64,000 nt of DNA from Microthyrium microscopicum (taxonomy: Eukaryota): assembly GCA_010405405.1 (NCBI GenBank), contig MU004231.1, positions 3,770,884 through 3,834,883 of the forward strand. Direction: 5' to 3'. The notes under the pieces were generated by a model. It was not told where the DNA came from. It made no database searches and was given only the letters and a program-made list of their open reading frames with translations. The translations under genes were made by a program, and so were the position numbers. This document shows, piece by piece, positions 26,405-39,250 of this stretch (position 1 is the first letter of the stretch; every line of letters begins with the position of its first letter).

Positions 26405-27495
26405 AGCGAGTGGTGCGTCGACATTGTGGTATTTTTGTGAGTCAATGGGGCTCTATATCGGATGTTAGAATTCACCGAACGGTTTCAAAATGGAAAGGAG
26501 ACTTACGGCGCGATGCATTGGTTGAGGGCGCGACATCGTAGGCAATGTTTGTTTGGAAACTGTTGGGATTCGAGTGGTGAGGGAGAGAGTAAGATTGGGA
26601 GACATCGAAGACATTTTATAGGAACCATCGAAAGTGGATGCTGGATATCAGTGAAATTCCCATGCCCATAAACAGTGAATTAAAAGGTCTGGGAGCGAAT
26701 CTACTAACAGATTCTAGGTTGCGCCTGGAATTCCGTCCAGTGAAGTATCAAGAGCCATCTATAATCGAGCTAATCTCTGTCCTCCTACATAGTTATTGGC
26801 TTACCGTGCTAGGCTGCTAGAGTTAATGGCCCAGTGCGATCATATCGCTTGGACTTCGAAGCACCTCTTCGAATAACTTTGCAACATTGATAGAACTATA
26901 ACTGGCACACTAATGGTAAAAGCTTGTTGAGATTGTGCTTGACTGCATAAAGAAGGTAACACTATGGGATCATACTGCGCTTTGTGGTAGATTTAGCTCT
27001 CGCAAAATAGGCGCCATAGTTATCAAATTATGCCAAGAACGAAGGTAAGTACGATGTATTAACATAAACCAGCATTAGTAGCATAAAGTGATATGGGTAG
27101 ACTTTTCTTTCGGGTTGGATGAAGATCATGACGAAAGACAAAGACAAACTGACAGGTTGAAAGGAGGTTGAAATGATGACAGGGATTAGGTAGGCCACGC
27201 CTGGCACGCCAACCATGCTACGCCACGCGCTAAATCAAGCGCGTCCACGGGTTCGCGTGGAGCTGCCACATGTGAAATGAATTGTTTGTGCTTCGCCCTC
27301 CCAACCCTCCGCTGAGTGGCTGATGCCTTTCGACTAACTTTTGGTAAGGCTTGGTTGTGAACCGGCTGCCGATTATTGCGAGAATGGAGTAGTCTTTCAC
27401 CTTGTCTAGAGACTGTCCACCTCCCTCGCCAGTTATTTGCTCGAAGTTCCCTCAATTGCATCTTGAGGAGCAACAAAAACTACAAACTTTCCATC

Positions 27496-29080
27496 ATGAG
27501 TCCCAAAGACCCAGCAATGTCGTCAGAGAACGATATCCGACACGCTATCTCTATGAGACCACTTCCGTTCCACTCAAACACCGAGCCTGTCCGACGAGAT
27601 TCCTCCTCTACTCCGACTTACTCCGACTTCTCACACCATCGCTCGCATGGAGAAAATGTGCCGCCGCCTAATAACACCACCTCTGAATCTGCCGCGTCAA
27701 ATGCTCAAGGTCGTAGCACGGCCTGGGAGCCCTCGACTCCTCCAGCAGATGGTGGAAAGTCCGATCCTATCGCGCGCCATGTCGCGACCTCCCCGAACGC
27801 GGAGGACGACGTCGAAGGCAACCCGCCCAAGTACACCCGTGAGAATGATCCTTACGAGCTGAGCACCAAACTCAAAAGCCCTACCGAGATACAGGAAATT
27901 CGAGCAAATACGGCGAAGAAACGGAACAATGATACTCGAGCAGTTCGGTCACCCTTGGAAACTGGAAAGCAAGCTTACGTTGCCAAGAAACTCTCGGACT
28001 TCTACGAAAGCCAAAATGAGAACATTGAACGCCTCCTCAAGCCAGTTGACGATCATAGACGAGAGGCTCGAGAATCCGAAGATGAAAACCATCTCAAGCT
28101 GAAAATTGCGATTACTGGAAGCTTCATTGCTAATGTGCTGCTTGCGATACTTCAGGTATATGCAGCAGCATCATCCGGATCTCTCTCACTTTTCACAACA
28201 ATGGCCGATGCGTTATTTGATCCCTTATCCAACATCACGCTGATTTTGACACATCGAGCTGTCAATCGGGTTGATGGACGAAGATTTCCGTCCGGCAAAG
28301 CCCGTATTGAAACCGCAGGAAACATTGTTTTCTGTTTCCTGATGACAGCTGTTTCGCTGGTGATCATTGTACAGTCCATAAGAGATCTGGTCGAAGGTTC
28401 ATCTACCAAGCTGGCCAAGTTTCATCTGCCTGCAGTCATCGTGGTTGGCGTAGCTTTTAGCACCAAGTTCGCTCTATTTTTGTATTGCTATGCTCTTCGC
28501 AATTTGTATTCCCAAATCCGCATTCTTTGGGAGGACCATCGAAATGATCTGATTATCAACGCCACCGGTCTTTGCTTCTCAATCCTGGGCTCCAAGGTAC
28601 GTCTAGCTCTGTTATTTTTCGAACATGCACATTAACCTGGACAGGTTTTCTGGGCTATAGATCCAGCGGGGGCCATAGCTATATCTTGCTTGATTATCTG
28701 CCTTTGGCTTCGAACAGCTTGGTCTGAGTTCTTACTGCTCATTGGCGTTACAGCTGATACTCATATGTTGCAACACATCACCTATATCTGTAGGTCGAAT
28801 ATCAAATTTTACTGACTGTAGTTGCTGACTCCGCTTAGCTATGACACACTCTCCAGATATCAAGGCGATCGATACCGTCCGCTCTTACTACAGTGGTCCC
28901 CGGCTTATTGTCGAAGTCGACATTGTTATGGATGCAGATGATAGTCTCAGACACACCCACGACACTGCTGAAGATCTTCAAATCAAGCTCGAGTCACTGC
29001 CCAATGTCGAACGTGCCTATGTCCACGTCGATTTCGAGACTGACCATTCACCGGAGCATTTCCTCCGCAAGCAACTATGA
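27496..29080 (+). CDS. Cation diffusion facilitator, Mn-CDF (MTP8/11-like) type
   Basis: SLSLFTTMADALFD, FPSGKARIE, DHRND, IDPAGA and ERAYVHVDFETDHSPEH. Introns 28597-28644 and 28790-28838. Confidence 0.92.
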
Positions 29081-29210
29081 GCATTTTACATCCATGATCT
29101 TGGATAATTTATAATCGGCACACGCAGCAGTGGGTGGTTCATATCGGAAATCTACTGGGCAGCAAAGTCACTGCATTTTTAGCAGGCGTAACATTCTCTT
29201 TTCGAGCGTT

Positions 29211-30131
29211 TTATTGTTTTAATTCATTCATTTGCTTGGGTTCCACTACTATGGCAATACTCGAAGTTAAGCCCGCGTCTACTGTCAAGGTCGTACCAGT
29301 TATCCATCGAGCCTCGTCGCATGCTAAAAAACGAACAGCGGCCCCGCAATCCCATCCAGTCCCCTCGGTTTTCAAAAGGCTTTGCTCACGGCGAGTCTTT
29401 CTCATCTCTTCGGTCATTCCGAAACCGTACGTCATGGGCGTATAGAGCATTCCAGGACAAACACAATTTACTCTGATTCCATCCGGGGCGTGATGGTTCG
29501 CCATCGATCTCTATCACAATATTAGCAACGTTTCTTCAGTCTTGCTCATCACAATCAGACTTGCCGTTAAATTCATCACCGCCCCTTTACTTGTCGGATA
29601 CAGTAAACTCGGCGCTCCACCCATCAGCCCTGTAATACTTCCCATGTTCACAATCGCGCCTCTCCATCCTTTCGCATTATCATTCTTTTTCATCTCTGGA
29701 ATCGCATACTTGGCCATCATCACCATACTGCTTACATTCACCCGCATGCCAACGTCCCACTCGGCCATATCCACCGTCTCCGCCGTGCCCTTGGCGCCCA
29801 TAATACCCACGTTGTTTACCAAAATGTCCAATCGACCGTACTTCTCCACTGTTGACTGAACAATGCTCTTGCATTGCAACTCATCTGTAACGTTCGCGCT
29901 GAGCGCAATGGCGCTCTGTGAGCCGGTTCTGTCTGCCTCGATCATTGATGCGGTCTTCTCGGCATATGTGGCAGAGAGGTCAACGCATACTACTGAGCAG
30001 CCTGCTTCAGCTAAGAGAATGGCGCTAGCGCGTCCGTTGCCTATGCCTTCGTCTGCGCTGCCAGCGCCGGTGACGATGGCGACGTAGCCTTTTAGTGAGC
30101 GTGATGGGCGGGCGGAAATTGTTGATGTCAT
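29211..30131 (-). CDS. Short-chain dehydrogenase/reductase (classical SDR)
   Basis: TGAG..GIG, NNVG, YPTSK, IRVNCVCPG and ITGTTLTVDAG. One intron at 29511-29564 with a GC donor. Confidence 0.93.
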
Positions 30132-31611
30132 GATCCTTCAGTAATGTACTGTTGCAGTGTGTTTGTATCTGATTCGGGACCTATACGTTGTGTAGATGTT
30201 GGGAAAAGGTTCAGAATTCAATTTGCTATCGGTACTGGTGAACGAGGGGTACTTCTTAAGGTGCTAGCACCTCTGGGTTTGCATTATCCGAGGCATGTTC
30301 TGTATCTCTCAGTGCGCCATAATGCTCAAATGCCATGATGAATACTCCTTGTGCTCTATTCCGAGTTGCTACTCTTTTGCAATTCATGCGGCTCTTAGAA
30401 AGGCTTCAACAAATTCGACATCTTCACAAGGACATTACTCAATTACTCAAGGCTCCGCGCGTGCTCCTATGTCTCAATGCTGAACTTGAATAACATGAGT
30501 GTAAGAGAGAACTGGTTGAGCCAACACACGAGGAGATTAGTGACGAGAATTCTGATGAATCGGATTCACTCAATATCCTTGATCAGTATCTAGGTACTTG
30601 TCGACATGCCAGATCAAGTAAGCCTAGAATCCGCATAAGCCGACATGTGCCATGGCATGACTGGCAACGCTTTTACTTTCCCACCCGGAGAAAGGAGAGA
30701 TCGTTTTCTAGCACTAGCTACAGAATAAAAGGTACGAGAGGGGTATGACAAAGATACCTTTGAATGTTGTGATCATGGAAGCAAATAGTCTCTGGGATTT
30801 GGCGCCTTTGGAAGAGTAATTGGAGGGACAAGTAACAAGGCTGTTATTTGGGATCTGATGACATTCGACGGTTTATGTTGTTTTTCTGCGCTCCATTGCC
30901 GACGTAATGGGTCTGTCCAACGTAACCTAAGATTTGATTAGAAGCTAAGTTGTAGTACAAAGTCATGACATCGAATGTGAGCAGTCGATGTATGGGCATC
31001 TCTCATCATCCGGAATGAATATCTACTTACCTACGTACCATTGGGTTTGGAAGTGAGCCACGCAGTATCTGGTATCACAATAATATCTTGATGACCGCCG
31101 CCATCCAAATATTGCACCACCACTTAAGCTCAACACCAGGTATTCATCCCTCCACGTTGAGTTGCAACACTGACATCCTCCTCACTCTCAACTTCATTGT
31201 GATTGCTAGCGGTCTCTTCATGTGCACCAGGTTCCTCAATTTCCTTAGCGTCCTCTTTTTCTTCCTTGCGCTCCCCTACACCGAAACTTTCTTCTGAGCT
31301 TTTGTACACATAGAAGGAAGTATCGGCGATGATTTCACACATGAATAGGTTGTTCGTTGTCAACACCTTGTTCCGTTGTGTTTGATGATGTGCTTTTACA
31401 ATTATTGAAGCACTTTTTCCGGTTTCTCGATGCACTTCTCCGATCTCTAACGAAGTTTCCTTGTTTTATCACTGTAGTTGTCGTTGTGGCACCTAGATGG
31501 CATGGCTCCTCAAAATTATGGGTTTTATCGAGCAAGCAGATAATGGAAAGTGAGGAGCGGGGAGAACGGTTTCGTATATCTAGCATACATTTTCAACATA
31601 GTCGCGGTGTT

Positions 31612-33074
31612 TTAGTCAGCCGCAAGTCCATTCTTCCCCAGAAAGTCGAAAATTTGGCTATATGTCGTAACGTGGGAGTATTCCTAAGGTTATTTTAGCA
31701 TGCCATGCAACCTGCGTATGACATTACGTTTGGGACTTACGAGATTAAGCCCGTGACCTGCGCCGGGGACGATGTAAGCCTCAAAGTTGCTTGAAGCATT
31801 GAGGAACTGCTTGCTCGACATTGGAATGGATGCTAGCCCAGGATCACCTGTAGCAAGGCAATTGCCTCCACAGAAAGGGATATCTCGCTCTGGAAAGAAG
31901 TCAATCGATCGCGTATGTCAAACGAAAGTCTACTTACCCCCAGTTATAACCAAAACAGGACCTGCAAATTCGCTGGGCACCCCGGAGAGCCCACCTATTG
32001 TCAGCAGTTCTCCCGGGGTTACTGGTTGTCCAGTTGAATAGGCTACCGATAAAATGTCTGGATCAAAGTCGCCGGGTGAGAAGAAATTCCGCTGAGCAGA
32101 AGAGACATCTGATGAAGCCAAATAGCCTGTTGGAAACTCTTGCAATGACGAAAGTGTGTTGGCTTCAATCAACCCGCCCGCGTACAAAAAGTCTGAAATG
32201 AAGGAGCCGTTTTGTGAAAAGCCCGTGAGGATCTAACAACGGTTAGCCTGCAGTACAATGTTATGAATAGTCTCAACGTGATAGAAACAAGATTCAGAAT
32301 ATTGTCGCGTTCCTTAGCGACTAGAATGTGCAAAGATAATAGCTTACCAGGCCATCGGATATGCTTGGGTTGATGACTGCGAGCGTATAGCTCTGAATTG
32401 AGCCAAATGAGTGTCCAACATGGATTAGCTTCTCGTACTTCTGACCAGCGCCTGGAAGACTTCCGTTTCGCAGCAGACCTGTAAGGGATGAGAGTGCTGC
32501 TACTTCAAGCCAGACTTGAATCTCATTGATGGGTTCCCCGTGCGATGATTCTCCAACACCCAATCTATCCCAGGAGAAGGTAGAATATCCGTATTTATCG
32601 ACAGCCTGGTTTACATAAGAGTAATTATAACCATTGTAGGAGAAGTCCCAGTAACTTTTAATGTCAGGGCTGGAACTGTGCAGTCGGGATTTCAAAGAAC
32701 TTACCCTCTATCGAATGCAATTCCATGCGTTAATACCTGAAGGATTGAACTCGGCCCGCTATCTGGATGACAAAGCGTTGTAGAAATGTTGTAATCTCCC
32801 GAAACTGTCTGATACTACATCGAGTCAATATTATTTCAAGTGCTGCTTTAGGAGGTTCACCTACACCAGAAAGGAGGGTTGCCGAATAATTTTGGCCCGC
32901 CTGCGCGAGGTTGAGAACAAAATTCGTAGCTTCGATGTTATTTGCCGGGGCTGAGAGGTTGAAAACTCCATTGCGCGCAGAGATGGATATTGGCACAGTT
33001 ATATTGGAACACTTCTTCGCTGTTGTGAGAGCAACAAGCCCGAAAACTGGGAGAGCGAGCATGAATCGTCGCAT
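31612..33074 (-). CDS. Secreted alpha/beta hydrolase
   Basis: Signal peptide MRRFMLALPVFGLVALTTA, THGIAFDRGYW, DRLGVGES, nucleophile GHSFG, GERDIPFC and GAGHGLN. Five canonical introns: 32815-32864, 32655-32704, 32233-32347, 31890-31937, 31684-31740. Confidence 0.9.
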
Positions 33075-33834
33075 ATTTCAGTAATTCCAAAGGTACATGA
33101 ATTGGGAGCTCGGTCAAATTGTAAGGTTGGGCTGTAAGCTTTCCATGTTACATATATCCTTACCTTGGTACTTATATATATCTTTGCGACACCCCTGGGT
33201 ACTACCGGTACCATGTCGCTTACCATTTATGGTCGGCGCTGACAGTAACTGACTAAAGCTTTCCAATCAAATGCTCGTTTGGGTATACTAAGAAATTATA
33301 TCAGTCTAGCTCTTTGCGCTACTTGGGCGATTGTGAGACTGCTTTAGGAATGACGTTAAGAGTATTTGCTCAGGCTGTACTTGTAGCTAGTTCACATCAA
33401 TGATCAATGATCATGGACGTGGGTTATTTGTAAAAACCTACATGTATATACTGGTACCGTGCCTTGCGTGCCTACCGCGCCTCCAGCTACCTTCAGGGAT
33501 TCAAGCTCCGGCCCCACAGCTTTGAGCTCAGCTTGTTCTTGAGCTAGAGATAGATGTTGACGAGTCGAAATGAATCATCATATCCTGATCAGTGCCATGT
33601 CTTGGGCTTCTTTAGCGCAGATCTTCGATCTTGCATGACAAATAAGGTACAACCATGTACTATGAACTCACGAACTCTGATCTCCACTTTAAACACCTGG
33701 GGCACGCTGGGGAACCAGGAACTGGGGCTTCATTCAGTGCTTCTGCAAACACAATTCAATCATTCCAATTTATTTATCTCCCCGTCAAAAAGCGACCCGA
33801 CCCAAAACAGATTGCATGTGCATCCTCTCCTGCC

Positions 33835-35478
33835 TTACGATGCGTGTAAATCATTCCAAAAGTTCTCAAACTGAGCACGATGTGCCTTCTCCGACCAAAT
33901 GAACTGATTTAGAATTTGTACCAGCTCACTTATTGAATCATATCGTTCTTTAGATCTCGATGCATGGTCAAATAGTAAGATAGCCTTGTAACCTGAGCGT
34001 ACAATTCCGGTTGGCGAGTATGAGCCGCCCATATGCAGCATCCAGATGAAGAGATCTCGATGATCAATCCAAAACAGATCATGTTGCGATTCTTGTAACT
34101 TCTCTAGCAGGTTTTTTGAAACACAGGACTAAAGCCAAAGTTAACATTGGAAATGAAACTAGAGAGCTCTTTCTGAGCAGTTCACATAACTTACAGGTAT
34201 TACCGAATGGCGCCAACATTTAGAGCATAACGTGGCTGCGCAAAGATACGCTGCCATGTAGCATGCGTCCATAACAGCGGAGAGTTTTGGTAAATCCACG
34301 AGCCTAGATCCGATTGATGCTTGGTGATTATCAACCCGGCACATTTCGATTGCGTTTTGGCAAGAATAGCCCGGGAGGTTTTGAATGCACTGCAGCGCAT
34401 GAATATCCTTCAGAACCTCGAGAAATTCCTCTGGGAAAATGTGGGCCATCTTCTGAAATCCTGGTGCTAGAATAAAGAAGTGAGGAGCGAAGGGATCGCG
34501 AGCCCAGTGAAGCTCTGCAAAAGCACTGTTATTAATCATGCGCTTTGATCCAGTCATGACGGATGAGTTGAGATCTTGCCTGCTCCAGCGAAAAATAAGT
34601 TGCTGAAATCCAGAAGAGATCATTTAATAGACAAGCAAAAGCAGCTACTCACCAGAAAATGGCTCGCTTGATTCCATCCGTCAGATAAATTGTTCTGGAT
34701 TTACTCAAGTCCAGAAGTCGACGAATAGCGTCCATATGCAACTGAACTTGCCATCGCATTCCTAGACGGGCCTAAACGCACCATACCAAGTCAGCTTTAA
34801 GAGAGTTCTTCTGTTGACTGAACCGACAATTACTCCAATTGATGGAATTCTCCAACTTACCTCCACACCAGCAAGAAGTAAGATGGCCCCTAAAGTTGGA
34901 AGCGTTAAAGCGCTCTCTGGGGAGCTCATCCTTTCACGTATGGTGCTTATGGCTTGGTTTTGATAATCAAGGCACTCATAGTCGATATTCCCGCCCGTCA
35001 CAGCAAACGCAAGCGTAAGCTTGACTGCACTTGAGAGAGCCGGATCATCAAGGTCCGTACGGAAAACGGAATCAAAATCCTGGAAGATGATTGGGTCTGT
35101 GATACTGAATACTGGCTCTGCAGCCTGCCTTACGATGTCTGGGTGATTGATGTTAGCGTTCATGCGTCTTTTTTCATCGCCTTGACTTAAGCCATCATCA
35201 AGCCTACCGTTGCTCAGTAGAGCCCTCAATTTTGGCGAGTCTCCGAGTAATGTCTCGAATGGACCATATGCAGATGCTGGGGCAAGAGCGGACCATGGCA
35301 CTTGAGTTGTGCTTGACGCACTGGAAACATGGGATGTCAACGCCTGTGGAGGCCTCTGTCTTTTCTGTATGGCCTGCTTCACTGCGTGTGAACGAGCCAG
35401 GCGTCGCTTTCCCGGGTCCCTTGCGTCTACCGGGTTGTCTATGGAGATGAAAACAAAATCATCTGTTGCTTGGATCAT
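33835..35478 (-). CDS. Fungal transcription-factor-like protein with no visible Zn2Cys6 cluster
   Basis: N-terminal FVFI...RRLARSHA basic motif and a helical regulatory-type body (AISTIRERMS, AILLLAGVE, AIFWQD, LFIWMLHMGG). Introns 35139-35207, 34772-34860, 34580-34652 and 34129-34194 restore one frame. Confidence 0.75.
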
Positions 35479-36328
35479 TAGTTTCTCAACTTTATACCTG
35501 ATATATTAGAAGGAGAACTTGCCCGCGCCAGGATTGTTCTCAGAGTTTTCGTGAGGAGTGGGAGCACTTGGCTGCATGATGTCCGTTGCCCCAGTTGGCC
35601 AAGGAAAGCAGTAGTAACATAAATTGACCTGGGATTATTAGTAAACAGGTGGCCCTATTTGCTTATCTACAAGCTAGCGGGCCAGTCAAATTCTCTCGTG
35701 TGGATTGTACAGGGGAAAGAGCCGTCTCAACAGGCAGAATGTCGGAGATGCATCTATCGCATTGAACCACACCAGAAACAATTCAAGTAGAGAAAAGTAT
35801 CCTAGGAACATTGAGTTTGTATTTAATCTATTATCACATCATCCCAAAGTTGGATAGAGGTAAATTTCAATAAGACCTGTTTCAGGATTTCATTCTAGTT
35901 GTGATTATAAATCACGATTCCTAATTCCTTATAGGTAGAGACTGGAATAGCTTATGACTAGCACAATGATTTCGCAGAAAAGAAGAAAAAGCGAGCTCTC
36001 TGCCCCATGAGAGCTGATTCAATATGATTTCATTGGCAATAATTTGTAAAACCGCCTTGTTCGCTATACTGCGCCCTCCTAGTTGTAGTTGTAGTAATCA
36101 GGTTGGTATCAGCAATATGATCCACCGAGAACAAAATATCTATTAGGAGCAAATTAGGTATGAGAACCGTGACTATCTCCCAGCTGCTGCCCTACACGTT
36201 TGACGCATTCTTAACCACCGTAGTAGTAGAATGTTGAAGGGAAAGTTGTAGCTCGACCGAGTTGAAGGATTTTTTCTATATAGCATGACTACCAACCTAA
36301 GTATTCAAGATAAGTTCTCCCATCGACA

Positions 36329-36976
36329 TTAAGTGATAGCGCGATAGCTCTCTTCATCGACCTTAGCAAGCTCGGACTCGAGTGGGATCATCTCGCCCCG
36401 CCCGTAGTACTGCGAGAATGCCATGAAGAGCGGATGGAACTTGGTCACATCAATTCGGTTCTCGTATCCGTTCAGGCGTAGTTCATCTAGCACGTGTGTC
36501 CTCAAAATCTTGACCTCGAAAGACAACATCAAACCCTTCCTATCAGGCAAGTCCGGCATCATCTCATTCCACGCCACCACTTCAGCCTCCATTTGTACGG
36601 GGCATTCGAGAATCCTAGGTGGCTCTATGAGATCTGATTTCTGTGGCGTGAGTTTCGCGTGGGCGAATTTGTCTTTGACAAATGTGTAACCGATGGCCGC
36701 TTTGAAGTCCGGGACAGGATCCGTACCAGTTGTACGGGCGAGTAGATTGACGTTTGGTGTCATGTCTTGAGAGGCCAGGTTCAAAACGCATTTCTTCGTA
36801 CGAAGCATATTCTGCGCTGTTTTCGACAAAGATAAGACACCAAGCATGCTGCGATGTGCAAACCACCAGGCGGAGGACATGGGGCTGATGTTGAAGGTAC
36901 CATCTTCGTTTTCCGTAGTGATAAGGACAACTGGTGTACCCCAGAACAAAACAGCTGGCGAGATAACGCTGTGCAT
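36329..36976 (-). CDS. Flavin reductase-like FMN-binding split-barrel protein
   Basis: Intronless 215-aa ORF. GTPVVLITTENEDGTFNISPMSS, KTAQNM, KDKF and PPRILECPVQMEA. Confidence 0.88.
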   Translation of the reverse strand: MHSVISPAVLFWGTPVVLITTENEDGTFNISPMSSAWWFAHRSMLGVLSLSKTAQNMLRTKKCVLNLASQDMTPNVNLLARTTGTDPVPDFKAAIGYTFVKDKFAHAKLTPQKSDLIEPPRILECPVQMEAEVVAWNEMMPDLPDRKGLMLSFEVKILRTHVLDELRLNGYENRIDVTKFHPLFMAFSQYYGRGEMIPLESELAKVDEESYRAIT

Positions 36977-39250
36977 AATGAAGACTCGAAGGGGGAGACG
37001 ATTAGGATAGGCTACATGTAGATTTTGCCATGAAAAAGGCTTAGGTATAACAAGATATGTTTGCTCGTTGTGGTGTCTTGGGGTAAGGTTGCTTTCAAGG
37101 TACCTGAGAGAACTGTCATGTCAGTATTTATACCTCAGATTTTAGTTTCAGTCTCAGAGACTAGAACACCAAATGAGACAAGGATGACCCCACAGAGTTT
37201 CTGTTTGTCTTAAAGCCGGAGTGACTTTTTTAGCTACTTAGGCAGACAATATTCTGCAGTTCAATCACTTGGCGATGCTATAAGCGTCGACAAGCTGTAT
37301 AGTTTTTGTTCGCGCAAGGCTTATGAGGTCCATAATTGGACAATACTCGAGTGTACAGGCATTGTTAAGACCAGCCACCCTTGGAGCTACTCGTTTAGGA
37401 AGAATCTCAGGTAGTGCCTTTTTAGGATCTCTGCAGTCCTACCTACCTACCTACCTAGGTACACACCCATATACGAAACAAGTCAAGCAGTGCAGTGTGC
37501 CTATAACGCGGTACACAAGTCCATATTCTATTGAAGCCTTTGTCTCTTGCCGTACGCGCCACTCAAAGCCTCTTTTTCCATCTTCCAACCTTTTCAACTT
37601 CTCACCCCTGTACAGAGCAGAATATCTCTTAATGATCGGTCTGTTACGTCCCTTTGAGCCATATGTAGCATAATTTTGAGCTCTCTAGGTGCACTATTCA
37701 ACTGTATGAATCTGGATAGTGGTCCATAACACGATAGCATTCTGGTAATCCCCCATGATCTGTTCAACATAAGTCTATAGGAACGGTTCATCGAGAGTTG
37801 AGCAAGATCTATAGGTTGACACCAAGAAAGCTGTATGTATCCAGATATATCTGCCCACAAGAACGCAGATCGCTCATGATTGGTCGTGATTGTTCAAACC
37901 GAACTTCTTGTACAATATATTGGACTGTTGCCTTGTGGCAACATTGTTGTATATCTCGACGTATCCGAAGAAATGAAGCCTATTGAGGAAATCATTGGTA
38001 TTAGTCGTCCGCAGTCACCACGGATCTTTGTAGTCTTGGTTGACGCAGAGAAAAATCTTGGTCCCAAAGCTCCATGGGATTGCTCCCAAGACCTTCTCTA
38101 CAGCCTCAATCATGACTTGATCAATTTCAACTTCGACCTTGCTATAACACTGGGTAATGCATAAGTGGTACTCCTCTAAAGTCAATCGGGTTGGAACTGT
38201 GGTCGTAGTTCTTGATCCAAGTATTAAGTCACATCAGAGTCCAGGAGGGCTGGCTCACGAACTTTGAGATGTATTTACATTTTCAAGAATGAAGACTGGA
38301 TCAGATGAATTCAACCTGTACTAGAGTATGTAACACTCCCGGTCTAGAAAAGAGGAGATTTTTCAATAGTCCACGTTAATATAGCAAATTCTGCGAGCAA
38401 TTACCGGCTCTGCCGATTACGAGCATCAGGGGTGATTCTCGCTTAAGAGTTATTCGCGGTACAGTTTGTCCAATGCCAACCGGCGAGTCTTTATGCTGAA
38501 TTACTCTACCAGCATCACCACAAGTGAACATCACCCAAAGCATATCAATTGTCTTGTAAATTCTCTTTCAGTAAAGAACGGAACGGCAAAATGTCAGCGT
38601 CTGGAGCAAATTGCTACAAAGCCCTCTACTAGTTTCCACTGCGATCTCACCTGGACCCGACCCTAATTCTCCATATATACAGCGCTTAATAAAGTAGACA
38701 AGACAGGTACAGGGGTAAGTTCATCTAGATTCTTCATTTACTCCACAAGCTCTGGTGCTAATAGCGGGAGAGCACCATTAACACAGCAAAATCGGACATG
38801 ATCCTTGCCAATCATTCGAGATGTAGTGTGGCCTCAAGCCAATAAGACATTATCTCGGCCAAAATCATATCTATGTTAGATGCGACTATATCCTGTGATG
38901 GGCTATCATAGTAGTTTGGCCCCTCCCAATGATCCCGTGCCATAGTATATTCGAGGTTAGGATGTTTCCGTTCTGTAGCCATCTGCGTTATGCTCCGAGG
39001 TCGTTTTGCATGGTTTTTGGCTCAAACTAACTAGATAGAGGGAGGACTGAGCTTTTGCTTTGCTGGTTTCGGTATTGCTTGCCCAGGGTGATTCATGTTC
39101 GCCTATCGTGATTTCATCTCACAGGATCTTGCTTTGAGATCAGTTGAAGGACTTGATCAATACATTCGCTTGCGACCTTCAACGTTTTACGGTCGCCACT
39201 GGCCTGGCCTATGAGTTACAAATGATCCCATAACTGATCAGAAACAAAAG

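Noticed and set aside
31088..31698. Small hydrophobic and acidic ORFs on both strands
   Set aside because: Short, mutually overlapping and motif-free. A small membrane peptide cannot be excluded but is unsupported.
37437..37460. (CTAC)n/(GTAG)n short runs here and near 21910
   Set aside because: Common fungal microsatellite-like motifs, with no terminal repeats or transposase nearby.
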